Below, piece by piece: positions 49,873 through 63,030 of a stretch of 64,000 nt of DNA. Each line of letters starts with the position of its first letter. Within the stretch, counting starts at the first letter, position 1. The stretch spans positions 2,790,001 to 2,854,000 of the forward strand of contig NC_089436.1 of assembly GCF_026210795.1 (NCBI RefSeq), read 5' to 3'. The notes under the pieces were generated by a model, which made no database searches, had not been told where the DNA came from, and saw nothing but the letters and a program-made list of their open reading frames with translations. Source of the stretch: Rhizophagus irregularis (taxonomy: Eukaryota). Made by a program: the position numbers and the translations under genes.

Positions 49873-52688
49873 GTCACATGAACACTGCTTAATATTGGCC
49901 AATAAAAACCGTGGTTTTCATAGAGGATATAACCTATGCATTTGAGACGCGATGAATAAGGTTATATGATACTTATATCCTTTGCCGATCAGGCAAATGG
50001 GGTGCCAAATTGATGGTACCGACTTTTTTGTTTTTGTGTTAATTGCAGTGCGACTCTAAAGAAAAGAATTTAAATAGTTTTTTTTTACGTAGTTTATTAT
50101 AATATACGTAATATACGTTCAGATATGTATACATATATATAAAGAGACTTTTTTGAATAAAAGTATTTTACTGCTTTATTATAAAAAAATATGTTAAAAA
50201 ATATAAATATTTATACATCGATAAAAATAGTAATAACTAGATGTGGCTTTGTAAGGGTCATAATAACTATTTTTTCTTGAGTATGCTTATTTATTTTTAG
50301 AAACAAGAGAGTGAGAGAGGATTTATTTGATTTAGAACCAAAAAAAAAATGACACAAAAAAAAGTGATGAGTTTATCAATTATTTTTTTTTTTAATTTAA
50401 TATTTCAATATTTAGTCATTTTAATTAAAGCAACGTCTCAGCATCATACTGTAATTACTGTCTGTATATGATTTTTTTCATTTATGGCCCGATTTGGAAT
50501 AACATTAGCAGAATGGATTGTTTAATGAAATATGGTTTGTCACCTGATTCAATTATACTGTATATGGCTGACTTATCTGACTAATGTGAGAAAAAAAGAT
50601 TGTTAAAAACGTATTTATACTTTTTTTTCTTAAATCAGATCTTAGCCAAAACCTTTCATGCATATGTACATTTGATTGTCCTATTAGAAATTTTCGTTTA
50701 TTAATAAGAAAAACTAAACCTTTTCATTAGCAAAAATCCAATCAAAAATTTCATTAACCGGAACTGATTTAGCCACGAAAATTTTCATCGAAATTATTCT
50801 AACCATAAATAAATATAGAATAGATCACTCATAAAAAAAACTGATTTGTCACCATGTTACACATGATCTGCGCACATTGATTATCCACACCTTTCTTTTC
50901 TAAAAAAATTATTAACATGTCATATCGACAACAAAATAAGGTTTGTAAAGGATGTATTATTAGAGGAATCACCAAATTTAAATCATTGGAAAAGATTAAT
51001 GATGACATTAGAGCACAAAACATCGCCAAACCAACCTAGAACTTGGAGATATTTGAATCATAACACAATGTATTGGACATAATACATATTGTAGTATTTT
51101 TAACAATACTTGTAATGTATAAGAACAAAAGCTATTTAGTTAACAAGTCAATTATTATAGTGAAAGTAAGTAAAATGTAGTACCTTAATAGTTTGTTATA
51201 ATATATAATAATATTAAAGTACATAAAATAAGCTTTTTAATTTTTTGCCAATAAAGAAATAAATACATACAAATGGTTTCACGATCGAAGTATAATTACC
51301 AATACAAAAAAATTTCTAGTTAATAGCAAAAATTTCCAGGTTTAATTATATAACTTACTTATATTTTGTTCTATATATTTTTCATTCTAGAATAACGTAA
51401 ATTTATGACTATTCATAATTATGAAAATAATCCTCATTGATCAGACGCAGGTATGTCATGGTTTCATATTACACAAATCAAAAAACTATTTAAATAACTA
51501 TTCTAAACATCCGCAGTCCGATCTTAAAAAAGTTCTTTTCTTTTTCTTTTGGATGTTTTTTTTTAAATAAAATAAAAATGTTTAATCGTTTTAATTTTCA
51601 AAATAGTCATAAAATTATTTTGATTTCATATGTATCTCGTATATGGCTATTTTACGTAAGATAAAATAAAAAAAAATTTAAATCAATTGGCTGGATAATT
51701 TAATGGCTATACAATAATACGAATTACCTATAAAATTATTTGATGATCAGAAATGATCTAACAAAACGTAAATTTTATTTTATTGTTAAAAAAAACCTAT
51801 TATTTTTAAAATTAAACCATATAATTTACTTTATTCAGTTATTAATTGTTAATAGAAACTAGTACAGACCTGAGAATTTATTTCATTAAAATTTAAAAAA
51901 AAAGACTGCAATTTATATATTTATTTAGTTTATTTGTTTAAACAATACAATTAAAATTACTAAAGGGACAAAGTCCTACTGCATATGGCAGTAAAATTCT
52001 AATTACCGGTATCTATCAAAGTTTTTCCAACATTGCAAAACACTCATATTATCAACATATAAATCAACTTTATTATCATCAGCAGGAAGTATAATTACCA
52101 CCACTACAATTGTTACTAGTTCCAACTCGAACACGTTAAACGAATTTTCTATATTTGCTTTAAATTTATTTAACATATTTGTTCTTCACAATTGTTTACC
52201 ATTCCCCCTAGTGTTTTTAGTTTTCACCTAATTAATTTACTAATCACCATGTTTCAACCGTCAAATATCTAATTAGTGGATCATCTCACCCGATCCAACC
52301 TGAACTAAAAATTTGGGCCAGGTCATAATAGGTTTTTGACCTACTTTTGGGTTGAGTAACTTATAAAAATGTAACAAAGTAAAAATTACATTGTATTTTA
52401 TATTATGTTAATCTTATTATAACAAACTACATACAATTCATTGTATTTATTTTTCATATAATTTTATAAATACTTTATTTAATACTATTATAAAAATGTA
52501 AATAACTCCACAAGTATTAAGTATACTATTATAAAATTAATATTCTAATAGTTTTAAACCTACTGAACAACTTTTACTTAATTATAAAAAATATATTTCA
52601 ATAAAATATCATACTGTAGTAATGTTAAAGAAAATAAATAGTAAATAATAAAGAAATTTATATCCAAGATCCCTTTCCTTTCTTTAAT

Positions 52689-54390
52689 TCAGTTACTTTT
52701 ATCTATAAGTGAAAAATAAATTATTAAATAATATTATTAATAAAATAAATTATGTAAAAAGTTAATGTATATAAGTACCTAGGTCTAGTTTAGTAAAATC
52801 TATTGCTTCTATTGATTCTATAATATATAAAAAAAAATAATTATATACATCAATAAAAATATTTAAGAAATGATTTTTGTAAAGTTAAATTAGGAAATTA
52901 ATTACCTGAATATTCTCCAAATAAATTATCATCATCCTTATTATCAATAGCATTTTTTGGTTCTGGAAGATTTTTAAAATCTAAAAGCCTACTCATGTAA
53001 ACTGCTTGAGGATTTGTAGTATATGAAAGAGTAGGTCCATTATATAATAATGAAGAGGAAGTTAACTTCTCATTAATTTTATATGCTTCTTCAATTTGCC
53101 TTTTGATTTCAGGTTCACCATAAACCCATGATTTACTCCATAAATTGCGTAATAAATTTTCTAATTCACTTGCTTTAGGTCGTTTTAAAGGATCAGCATC
53201 CCAACATTGTTTAATTATGTTTAAAATTAATTGAGGAATTTTATAATTTGATTTTGGCCTAAGTCCTTGACAAATGCTAATAGTTAAGAATTTATCATGA
53301 GCAATATCATGATAAGGAGGAAGCCCTGTACAGACTTCATATGCAATAATTCCAAATCCATATATATCACTTTCTTGAGTATATTCTTTTCCTCTTAAAA
53401 CTTCTGGTGCTACATAAGGTAATACCCCATATAGTTCTTTACATTCATTTTGGGATGGTTTTACATTTACTGGTCGACATAATCCTAAATCAGTAATTAA
53501 AGTAGTTGTGTCTTCTTTTAATATATTACCACAATGAAAATCACGATGAATTAACCCGCTTTCATGAATATATTTGAGGTTTCGTGAAAGATCTTGTAAA
53601 ATATTCAACTTTTCATCCCATTTTGTTGAATTAAAACTATTATTTAAATGTTGTCTTAAACTACCATTTATTACATATGCCATTACTATTATAAAATTTC
53701 TAGATTCTGGATCTTTAGTAATGCCAAAACAGTGTGCTATACGACTTGTCGTTGGAATCATAATATGGTTTTCAATCTAAAAAAGAATCCATAATAATAA
53801 TTATTAATAGACGGTTTAACATTTATAAATAGGACAATATCTTGAAATTACTATATTAATAAGTAACTAACTTCTCTTAAAAAATCGGATGTAATATCTT
53901 GAGAATTATGTAAACATTTTAAAACAACTGGAAAATCCTTATATTTCCTAAACCAATATTTACTTCTTATCCATTTATTATTCTCAAAATCCCATTTATC
54001 TATACGTCCATCTTTCCAAATTCCTTTATAAATAGTTCCAAATCCTCCTTTTGCCAAGTATTCAACATTTTCAAATCTATCATATTCAATCCATTCTAAA
54101 ACGTCTTCAAAATCTTTAGCTTTAAGTTGTACTTTTTGAATAAACTTGTCAACTTCATGATTTCCACTAGTCCAATTTTTAAAATTTTGTTGAAATTTAC
54201 ATTGACACCAATAATAAGAAGCTCTAGGTTGCTTACATTCTTTGCATAAACCATTATTTTTATAACATATTTTTAATTTTTCATTTAATATTACCTTATC
54301 AATTAACAAACTTTGTTCTTCAGTTAGTTTCTTATGGACAAAATCTTTTATTTGCTCAAACACATCATCATTGAGCATAAATTCTTCCAT
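52689..54390 (-). CDS. Stand-alone TKL-type protein kinase
   Basis: Exons 54390-53872, 53776-52906, 52817-52779, 52702-52689. N-terminal CKEC..WCQC..FKNWTSGN; kinase motifs AKGGFG, VVLK, HRDFHCGN, DLG, YVAPE, SDIYGFG, CWDADP.KRP. The last two small exons are less certain. Confidence 0.9.
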
Positions 54391-54654
54391 AATGTATTAA
54401 TAAATGTGACTTCAATTTTATATCTAAATGGAGTAAAAAAAATTATTTTTTTTTTAAAAAAAAAAAAAAAAAAAAAGACGGCCTTTTAAAACGTGCACAG
54501 CAGCGATTGACAAAATCATTTTTTATTTATTCGTACCCCCACTTTTGTTATTCGTACCCCCTGCAATAAAATCGTCATGTGATTGGACATTTTATTGTTT
54601 ACTGCGCCATTTGGAAATAAAATAATTAAATAATCATAATTTCCGATGAAAAAA

Positions 54655-54845
54655 TCAAAAACGTTTTTTTAACAAAAAAAAATGTTGGCTCGACGTTTTT
54701 CCATTAAAAAAAAAAATAAGAAACGTCGAACACGACATTTTTTCATTAAAAGAAATAAAAATTATTTTTTTAGTTAAAAAACGTCGAACCTGACGTTTTT
54801 TCATTAAAAGAAATGGGAAATAAACATTTTTTCATTAAAAAAAAA
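54655..54845. repeat. Short tandem repeat upstream of the kinase gene
   Basis: About 3-4 copies related to AAACGTCGAAC(A/C)(C/T)GAC(G/A)TTTTTTCATTAAAAG. Confidence 0.6.
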
Positions 54846-55123
54846 AATAAAAACTTTTTTTTTGAACTTTTTTCTTAATAATTTGAATATAAAAAGTTTC
54901 GGCATTTTTATATATAAAATTTCAAGAAAAAAGCCCAACCATTTTCTTAATAACTTTCGGGTTATCAAATTCATGACCTAGTATATTTGACATATCATAT
55001 TCATATGTTACGAAGCAACATAGATCGTCGTCACATGTTCTGGTCTTATCACATGACTTTATTCCCGGCATAACTATCAATATGATTAACGTGAAGCTTA
55101 TACCTAGGGGTTAGATAAATAAA

Positions 55124-56222
55124 AAATTGAGAGAAGAATTAAATAATGAAAAAAAGATGGAGAATCTTAAGATATTTACGATGAAATATATAGACGAAGT
55201 GATGTATTTTGATGATTTAAATCTTTATTGGAAAAAACATTTAATTCCTGGAGGCCTTAGAGCGTTGCGTAAAAGTGTTCTGAATTAATTTGAAAAAATG
55301 AAATGCTTAATAGTAGGAAGGTGGAAGATTTGTTTTTATATAATGAATTTGATTTGAATAGAACGCTGAAATTTATTACTAATCGAAATAACTGTACATC
55401 ATGAGATATTGAAAGTTAAGATGTATGGAGCGTTCATATGAAATTGGAAATTTTTTAAAGGATTTGCTGACATATGAGATCATTTATGGATCTGCGGAAA
55501 AAATGAGGTAACGATTAAAGAAGTTATAGAACGTTTGATTAGTGATTTTGAAGAACATTTATTGAATGAAGAAAAGCATGAGAAAGTTAAATTATTACAG
55601 AACATAAATTTTAGTTTTTAAAGATTTTATATGAAAAATCAGAAGTTCTGATCGGAAAAGAGAAATATTGGGAATTGATTAGAAGAGTTTATAATTGTAA
55701 ATTTAATACGATATCAAAAGACAAAGATGAGAAAGAAATGATGAATGAACTTTGGATGTTTTGTTTTGATGCTTTAAAAAAGGAATTTTGGATCAAAAGG
55801 TGTAATGAAGTTAACGAGATAGAACAGAGTTTAGGTATTAAAAAATCAGATAAAAGAGTTAGAAAACTTAAAGCTAAAGACATTGAGAGTGAAGATAAAA
55901 ATTTAGAAAATCAGAAAAAAAAATTAAAAATTGATGCAAAATATAAAAAGAGAGAAAATAATATTAAATTAGTAACAAAAAATAGAATAATTAGTAGGTT
56001 CACAGAGGGAAAAGATACGAAAAGTTGGAATTTAATGCCAAAGTTAGTTTAGTTTATATTTTAGATTAGATTAGATAGATTTTAGTATATAGGTATTGTT
56101 TGAATACTTTAGTTATAGAGGGTAAATTAATTTTTAATTTGCTTTCTAAGTGTTTTAATGTTTATGTAATCTTTTCTATAAATAAATTAATAAATTAATA
56201 AACGCGTTATTTTAAAAAAAAA
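55124..56222 (+). mobile_element. 5'-truncated non-LTR retrotransposon (LINE) copy
   Basis: 16-bp direct repeat GGGTTAGATAAATAAA at 55108-55123 and 56223-56238; 3' A-run; decayed ORF relics including ORF 55675-56052 (LWMFCFDALKKEFWIKRCNEV) consistent with a LINE ORF C-terminus. Confidence 0.85.
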
Positions 56223-56959
56223 GGGTTAGATAAATAAAGTATGTATTGATGATTTATGATTTATCAAAAGAACATCTTAATAAAAATAATGTATTTGTGG
56301 AATTTATTATTATCAAAAAAAAATTTAATATTGAATAAATAATATTAAAAAGTTATCATTATTAATACCAAAAAAATTACATTGTATCCTATTGTTATTG
56401 ACGAAAAAAATATAATTTTTTTAAAAAATATTGACCATATCGGAAATCGGAATGAATACTTTGGATCATCCTGGATCACACTTTCAGGACTTTCAATCTA
56501 ATCATAAAAAGAGTACATAGCTATAATAAGTATTAGTAATCGATAAACAGGCTAATTAATTTTTTTTTTAATTTCAGTAATAAAATAGCAATGATTTGCA
56601 ATTTGGTATTAATGCTATAATTTACCGGGAACAGAAATATATATATAAGGTCAGGTAATGAAAAAATTTTTTTACTACGCATTTTTTCAGGGCCGGAATT
56701 ATGATAATGCCAGCAATTGCTATAATAAGAAATATAATTCTGACCGGAATTATCAAAATTATCTAAAAAAGGAAAGATTTTCATATTTTTTTTTTTTTAC
56801 TAGACCACACTCTAGACCACCCATTACACAATTTAAATTAAATTATTTATACAGGGCAATCTAAATGTTACAGAATTTTTTTATTAGATAGATTTCTCGT
56901 AAATGCAGCCTTATGCAGGAAAAAAAATAGCCCGCAAAAAAGGAAATTCAATTTGTAAA

Positions 56960-57323
56960 TCCCGATCGTTTTCGAGGATTTGGATTGGATTGGCATCACC
57001 GTACCTACTGCGTCGCTGTGTCCCGGCTAGGTTTATTCGGTAAAATGTTTTTCAGAAAGCAGGGGACGAGTTTTGTTCTTGGGATATATACGACTGGGAT
57101 CGGAATCTTCAGGGATTCGCTGCTAGGTTTTCGTCATGGAAGTATGTTGGGAATTTATAGTAAAATGTGATAGGATATTGAGATAAGAAATGCGTTAGTC
57201 GGTTCTTGTTTGTATTTTGTTTTAGATAGATAGTTAGATACTTTAATTACTTTATGATATTATATTGGGCATGTCGCGTTACGTGCGTGTCTCATACTAA
57301 TAAAGTTTAATATAAAAAGAAAA
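56960..57323 (+). mobile_element. Short retroposed insert (LINE 3' end or SINE-like)
   Basis: GC-richer island ending in AATAAA plus an A-rich tail, flanked by near-identical AAATTCAATTTGTAAA / AAATTCAAATTTGTAAA. Confidence 0.65.
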
Positions 57324-57905
57324 AAATTCAAATTTGTAAAATTAGTAGATCACATGATAATCTACCAATTAGTACGAGTGTTATAAATTAAAATAACATA
57401 TTAAAATGATCTGTCTTATTGATTTTTATTGATCAACAATTAATATGATATCAAATTCGGAAAAAATCTCGAATTTTTTAATATTCGATAACTTTGGCAT
57501 TTAATTAGGATTCAATAAATATTAAAAAATTTAAAAAATACAAAGAATAACATAATATCTAGCTTTTCCGAAAAAATACTAAAGAAAAAAATTTTATCTT
57601 ATGGAAATGTTATTCAAGAGTAAATACTTATTATTGTCGAAACTTAAATAATTTTTTATTGGAAAAAGCTTTCTATTACATGATACTTTGGCTGAATTTT
57701 TGAAAAAAAAATAGTGAAAAGAATTCAGGTGGGGAATTACATCAATCTTATTTGGAAACTTCTTGAAAAATTCATTTAATAATAGTCAACATTACGATCA
57801 CAAAAAAAAATAGTAAATTTTACTATATAGTTTTGTCAAACTATGCTGACAGCGCAACCTAATGTTACATGCGCGATCCTCATTCTTAGCACCTTTAATA
57901 ATATC

Positions 57906-58060
57906 CCCTATAAAAAAAGTCGATCCGTGTTTTATATTCCATCTTCTTTTTCCGTAGTATTCCCGAAATTAATAACCTTATATCACATTTTCCGTGAATG
58001 CCGTGAAAGGTACATTTTTATGAAGCATTTACAGAAATAACGGATAAAATTTTTATAGGG
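57906..58060. mobile_element. CCCTA-type MITE, same family as 23103-23295
   Basis: CCCTATAAAAAAAGTCGATCC ... ACAGAAATAACGGATAAAATTTTTATAGGG; flanks ATC/ATT (one mismatch). Confidence 0.82.
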
Positions 58061-58370
58061 ATTGGAGAGTAGTGTGAGATATTCCTTTCTTAGTGATAAT
58101 AATTAAATTTAAAAAGAAATCAAAAATTTTTTCTTGAATTGATATTCCATTGTCAATTCAAGGATTTACAGTCACAAAAAACCACGAGGTTTTTTTGAGT
58201 CACGAGTAAAGAAAAATATAAATATTGAGTTTTTTTTCTTTTTTGCAAAAAAAATAACTTCATAACATTATATATCTGTGAAGACATATTTTATCTTTAC
58301 TAGTTTTATTTTTTTTATTTCCACTTTTAATAACTTATTTTAACCCTAAATTCTTAACGTTAATTTCAAA

Positions 58371-59246
58371 ATGAATGAAAAATTTATATTTTACATATTG
58401 ATTGTACTGACAGTCATAACTAATTCAAAATATACGGTTGCAGGTTCTATAATTACTAAAGTATTTGATATCGAAGATACGATTGATTATTGGACACCTG
58501 AAAGAATGAGAGATGCAATACCCTTAACAAATAATGAATCTGATAATAATAAACCCAATTTTCGTACTAAAAGAAATCGGTTATTAGTGAAGAAAGCGAA
58601 CTTTAATCCTTATGTTCCTTATGGAAAATTATTTTTTCATAACACCGGCGATGGTAAAAATTATGCTTGTACTGCTAGTGTAATTAGGACTGACAATGGA
58701 AATATCGGGCTTACTGCCGCACATTGTATTTATAATCAAAATAATAATTGGTCTTCAAATATGGTTTTTTGCCCCGGGTTTCAAAATGGTGAATGTCCAG
58801 TTGCTATCCCCGTTAAAGGAGGTTCTGTAGAAGTAGTAAATAATAAATATTATTATGATTACGGCATGATTAAATTCAATTACGATCAGGGTAAATTGCA
58901 AGACAGAACAGGATGTTTTGACTGGGATACTAATCCGGGAGATACAGTTAATAATATCACTGCAATAGGTTATCCAGTAAATGGTGAAATTGAAAATTGT
59001 AAAAAAGATGGAAGTTCCCTTTGCCAATGGAGTGGGAGTTCGTTTAGATCAGGTAGTTTTAGATACGTACCTATAAATACCGGAAGTGGTTCAAGCGGAG
59101 GCCCTTGGATTAGAAACTATGACAATAAAACTCAAACAGGCTGGGTAATTGGTAATACAAGCGCTTCATCAAAAGGGTTATCTAATTCACCCATATATGC
59201 TCACGACGAATTCACGAAACTAATAAATGAGGCTGTAAAACTTTAA
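58371..59246 (+). CDS. Secreted trypsin-like (clan PA) serine protease, intronless, 291 aa
   Basis: Signal peptide, YWTPERMRDAIP propeptide motif, GKLFF, CTASVI, TAAHC (His), DYG (Asp), GYP, GSGSSGGPW (Ser). Confidence 0.92.
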   Translation: MNEKFIFYILIVLTVITNSKYTVAGSIITKVFDIEDTIDYWTPERMRDAIPLTNNESDNNKPNFRTKRNRLLVKKANFNPYVPYGKLFFHNTGDGKNYACTASVIRTDNGNIGLTAAHCIYNQNNNWSSNMVFCPGFQNGECPVAIPVKGGSVEVVNNKYYYDYGMIKFNYDQGKLQDRTGCFDWDTNPGDTVNNITAIGYPVNGEIENCKKDGSSLCQWSGSSFRSGSFRYVPINTGSGSSGGPWIRNYDNKTQTGWVIGNTSASSKGLSNSPIYAHDEFTKLINEAVKL

Positions 59247-60545
59247 ACTAATTAAGACAATAACTTATTTTATTACTATTATCACTAAATACTTACCTAA
59301 TATAATTTATTACTATTTATTTACTAAATTAATAAACGATTGGTTTACATATAAAATGACAGTTTATTTACTTTGTGCTTCGAGAATTTTATGAACGGAT
59401 AATTAAATAAAAACTATACAAAATTTTTAAGTTAACATTAATTAACGTACACTTATCGATCAACTAAGTTTCCGTGAATATGATACATTTATGGGAAAAA
59501 TAACGAAAATATAAGTAACTTCATGCATAGGACATCGAATAACGGAAAAAATTTTTTTATGAGATGAACTTCGGAGTCTCCAAAAGCAAATGAATTATAT
59601 TACAAATTTTTTTTTTTTTACTTTCTCTAAAAAGAAATGCTTTGTCAACTTCCAACTGACTGCTTTTACATTCATATTAATCAATTGTACTTATTGTAAA
59701 ATTTCATTCAAAGAAATATTTGGGATTTTAAATATTCTCCAAATGAATCAATAGTGCTCTTATATAGAAACAAAATTTTTATATCATGCAGCATTTTGCA
59801 AAGTATTTTCAACTGATGAGATTGTTCGAATAATTAATAATGTCCTTTAAAAATGAAATATCCATTAAAGATAAAAATTACTTGGCAAAAGAAATATTTT
59901 TGAATCAAACTACTTGATAATCTTTATAATGTAAATGTTCTAAATTATATAATTTTCATAGATTTTCCTATCGCATTCAGTGGTTATCTTAGACAGGTAA
60001 CAATGTACCTCGTCCAATATGAAATTTTTAGTCAGTCGATGGAATTATTTTGCTTACACATGCATGTGCCTGTGCGACAAAAAATAGGTGGATCACAAGA
60101 CAGGATTGTGCGACATATTAATTTTCACATATAATAGAAAAGAAATTATGTATGATAACCTTTGTCTATTTTTTTCCCGAACAAATGTGAGAAAAATGTG
60201 AAAGAGTGTCTAGTTGCAACACAGGGCCCACCCTATAAGTTAATAATGACGACAAAACCATATGCTATGAAGGGCTAAGAACTTTGTAATTTCGAGATCG
60301 CCAGGCGTTAGTCCAACTTTGAGTCTTTCAGGTAAATGTGAATGTAGGAGTATGTGGAAGTTCAGCCAACTTTCCCGCAAAAAATTAGGTATGTAACGTA
60401 TTTTATTTATTTTTTTATAGAAAACCTGACTCACACCTCCCAAGAAACATATTCATGTCTTAGTCGAACCGCCCGTGTAAACCGCTCTGCCGTGAACAAG
60501 AATTGCTTGTTGGAGAACAAGTCTGTGTATGGTACGTAAGAAATA

Positions 60546-61560
60546 GTGAAAAGAGTCGAGGGTCGTGTGAAAACTTTATTTTCGGTTCTAACAGGCCATT
60601 ACAATATAGGCTTTGATGTTGTTGTTAGCCCGAAACGGAAGTCAACCAAGTGGACAGTGAATATCGAACGTACGACTCTCAAAGACCTCAAAGATTACAT
60701 ACGTGAATTGTACACACCACCAGCGCTTGAAAATGATGGAGCAGAACCAAACTTTATGAGTGATGAGATAGATATTCACATAGGAACGATTCTTCATTCC
60801 AAGAGATGTTGCAGTTGTTCGTGTCAATTAAATTTACTGTATTTATTGAGACGCCATCAAATCCATTCAGCGACCTTCCCAAAAGTGTGCGAACTCTATG
60901 GGCTTAGCGATGACCCGAGTCCAAGTATCGATGTGTACCCCGTTTTTTATGTGGTTGCGTAGAATTAAAAGATGAAATATCTCGAACCGCGGTTAAGAAC
61001 CTAATGACCGAATTGAAACTTCGTCAAAGATTACTCCACTCGACATGGCATATGAGGCGACGAAATCTATTTATTTTCACTGCTATCTAGCTAGTGGAGT
61101 CTCGTTCTATGAGGATGATTTCAAAATCATACCGGAAAAACTTATTGAAGGTCGTAATGGATAAGGAAACCTCGATTGTGCGATAGAGTGTCGATCGACC
61201 GGAAGGATGTTTGGTTTAGTAGAATTTAAGAGGGAGGATTTTATGAAGAGATTTACCCAGGGATCTGTACAAATGGAATCGTCATTGACGGGTCGTAAGC
61301 GCAAAGCCGAAGAAATAGATGATGGACTAGTTGTGGACAGGGTTACCGACGCAAGAGAATGATACTTTATGGAATATACTTTAGATGAAGTGGGAAAGCC
61401 ATCGTTTAAGTTATCAGAACCCGCTAGTGCCGTGTATAAAAGTGATAGCATGCAGGTCATGGTTGAAGAAGTTTTAATTGCTGAAGGAGGCGCAGAAGCC
61501 AGTTGAAGATTCACAAAGTGGAGTAAAAGAGTAAGGTCAACAGGCGATCTTGCGATAAAA
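60546..61560 (+). pseudogene. Decayed Crinkler-like gene with a PD-(D/E)xK-like C-terminal domain
   Basis: Relic frames with stops: DVVVSPKRKSTKWTVNIERTTLKDLKDYI, IIPEKLIEGRNG*GNLDCAIECRSTGRMFGLVEFKREDFMKRFTQGSVQMESSLTGRKRKAEEID, TDARE*YFMEY. Family assignment is from motif recall. Confidence 0.6.
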
Positions 61561-61770
61561 TCGATAGGGATAGGCTATTCATAGAGTGAATGCTTAGGAT
61601 AGAAATGTAGTAACTTCTTCATGTGTTCTGGCGTAGTCCCAATCTTTTATATTTATTTTGCATGTATTAATAAATTTTTTTCTTAGCAAAAAGTGATCGG
61701 CATTACAAATTGTAACGCGCACATGATTTTTCATTTTTTGAACATTAGTGTATAAACAGTGTTACCGATC

Positions 61771-63030
61771 ATGACAGTTTAGCAACGGAGCCTGAATTAT
61801 TGAGGAAACACTTGAAGCCGAGAATGCCGAGATTTCTGAACTTAAAAGAAATTAGTAAAGTTTGCTGAACTTGAGGCTGAGAACGCGAAGTTGAGACAGA
61901 TTATTAAGGAAAATACTGAGTTCAAAGCTGAAGTAGCAAAATTAAGGCATGATATTGAAGAAATTAAGTTGCAAACCTCTCCTTAATCCTGCCAATCACG
62001 AACTTCCCTCGTGTCCAGAGAAAAAGAGAAGGTAAGAGGTATTACCAGAGGTAATGGTATCGAAAACAGACTATGAGATTGAGATTATTTCTAAGGAAAT
62101 GATTCAGGGATGAGCAGAATACTATTGATGAGACAGAGCCTCGGTTTGACGGAAACCAAAGAAGGCGGATGTGCAAGGTGTATGTTCTATCTCGACGGAA
62201 TAGCCCGTTAATATACCTAGCCCTGTTGTAAACTAATGTGATAATACCGTGCAAAATGCCTCTCAACCCTCTTCACCATCATGCATGAGCGAGCAGAAGT
62301 CATTGGAGGATAAAGCAGTGGATGTTTTCTGGGTGAAGTGCATAAGAGAAGTGTCAGTGATGGGATAAGGCGGAGGAAGCGGGAGAAAAACCTTCGAGAA
62401 GATGATTCGATACTGAAGGTATCTTCCCAAATAGAATCGAATACAGAAGCGCTTGTAGCTTCCAAGGATATCCCAGAAGTGTCTATCAACCAAAAAATCA
62501 CTTATAAACAAAAAATGAAACAAAGCTTGAGAAATGAGCCAGTATCTGCTTGCACCAAAAGCAATTGTTCCTGGGCCAAGATAGTATTTGATATGGAGAT
62601 TCCCGAATTCTCTTTAGAAACGATTCTAACAGGAATACAGGATCTAGTGAAGTTACAGCGCAAAATATAGTTGATCTATTTAGGGTGGCAATGAAGGTCC
62701 GACAAAAGGAAATTCATGCCGGTATTGTTACTACAAGGCGTATGAGGGCCGGATCAAGGATGTCAAGTCTACAAACAACATTGATGATCAATCGGCGAGA
62801 ACATTGTTATACAACGAGATCACTTGCGTCAGAAAACGTTCACACTATTTATGGGAATTAGAATAGATAGAATCTAAGCAGTTACTTATAGCGCAAGTGC
62901 AATTTCAATCTTATTCAGGACATTATAGGATGATTCCCCCAAAGGCCAACAATACAGATGAGGTTACAAATTGTAACGCACACGTGACTGAATTTTCTGA
63001 GGTAAGCGGATCAACCGCACTCATTCCATG
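61771..63030 (+). pseudogene. Decayed member of a coiled-coil repeat-family gene of unknown function
   Basis: Relic frames FAELEAENAKLRQIIKENTEFKAEVAKLRHDIEEIK, IPEFSLETILTG, SSEVTAQNIVDLFRVAMKVRQKEI, IKDVKSTNNIDDQSARTLLYNEI in shifting frames; higher GC than flanks. Confidence 0.6.

Noticed and set aside
6090..56760. Scattered GGCCGGAATTAT / AATTCTGGCCAGAATT motifs (e.g. 6095, 7630, 21491, 21922, 56688)
   Set aside because: Probably fragments of hAT-like MITE ends, but no paired termini or TSDs could be assigned.
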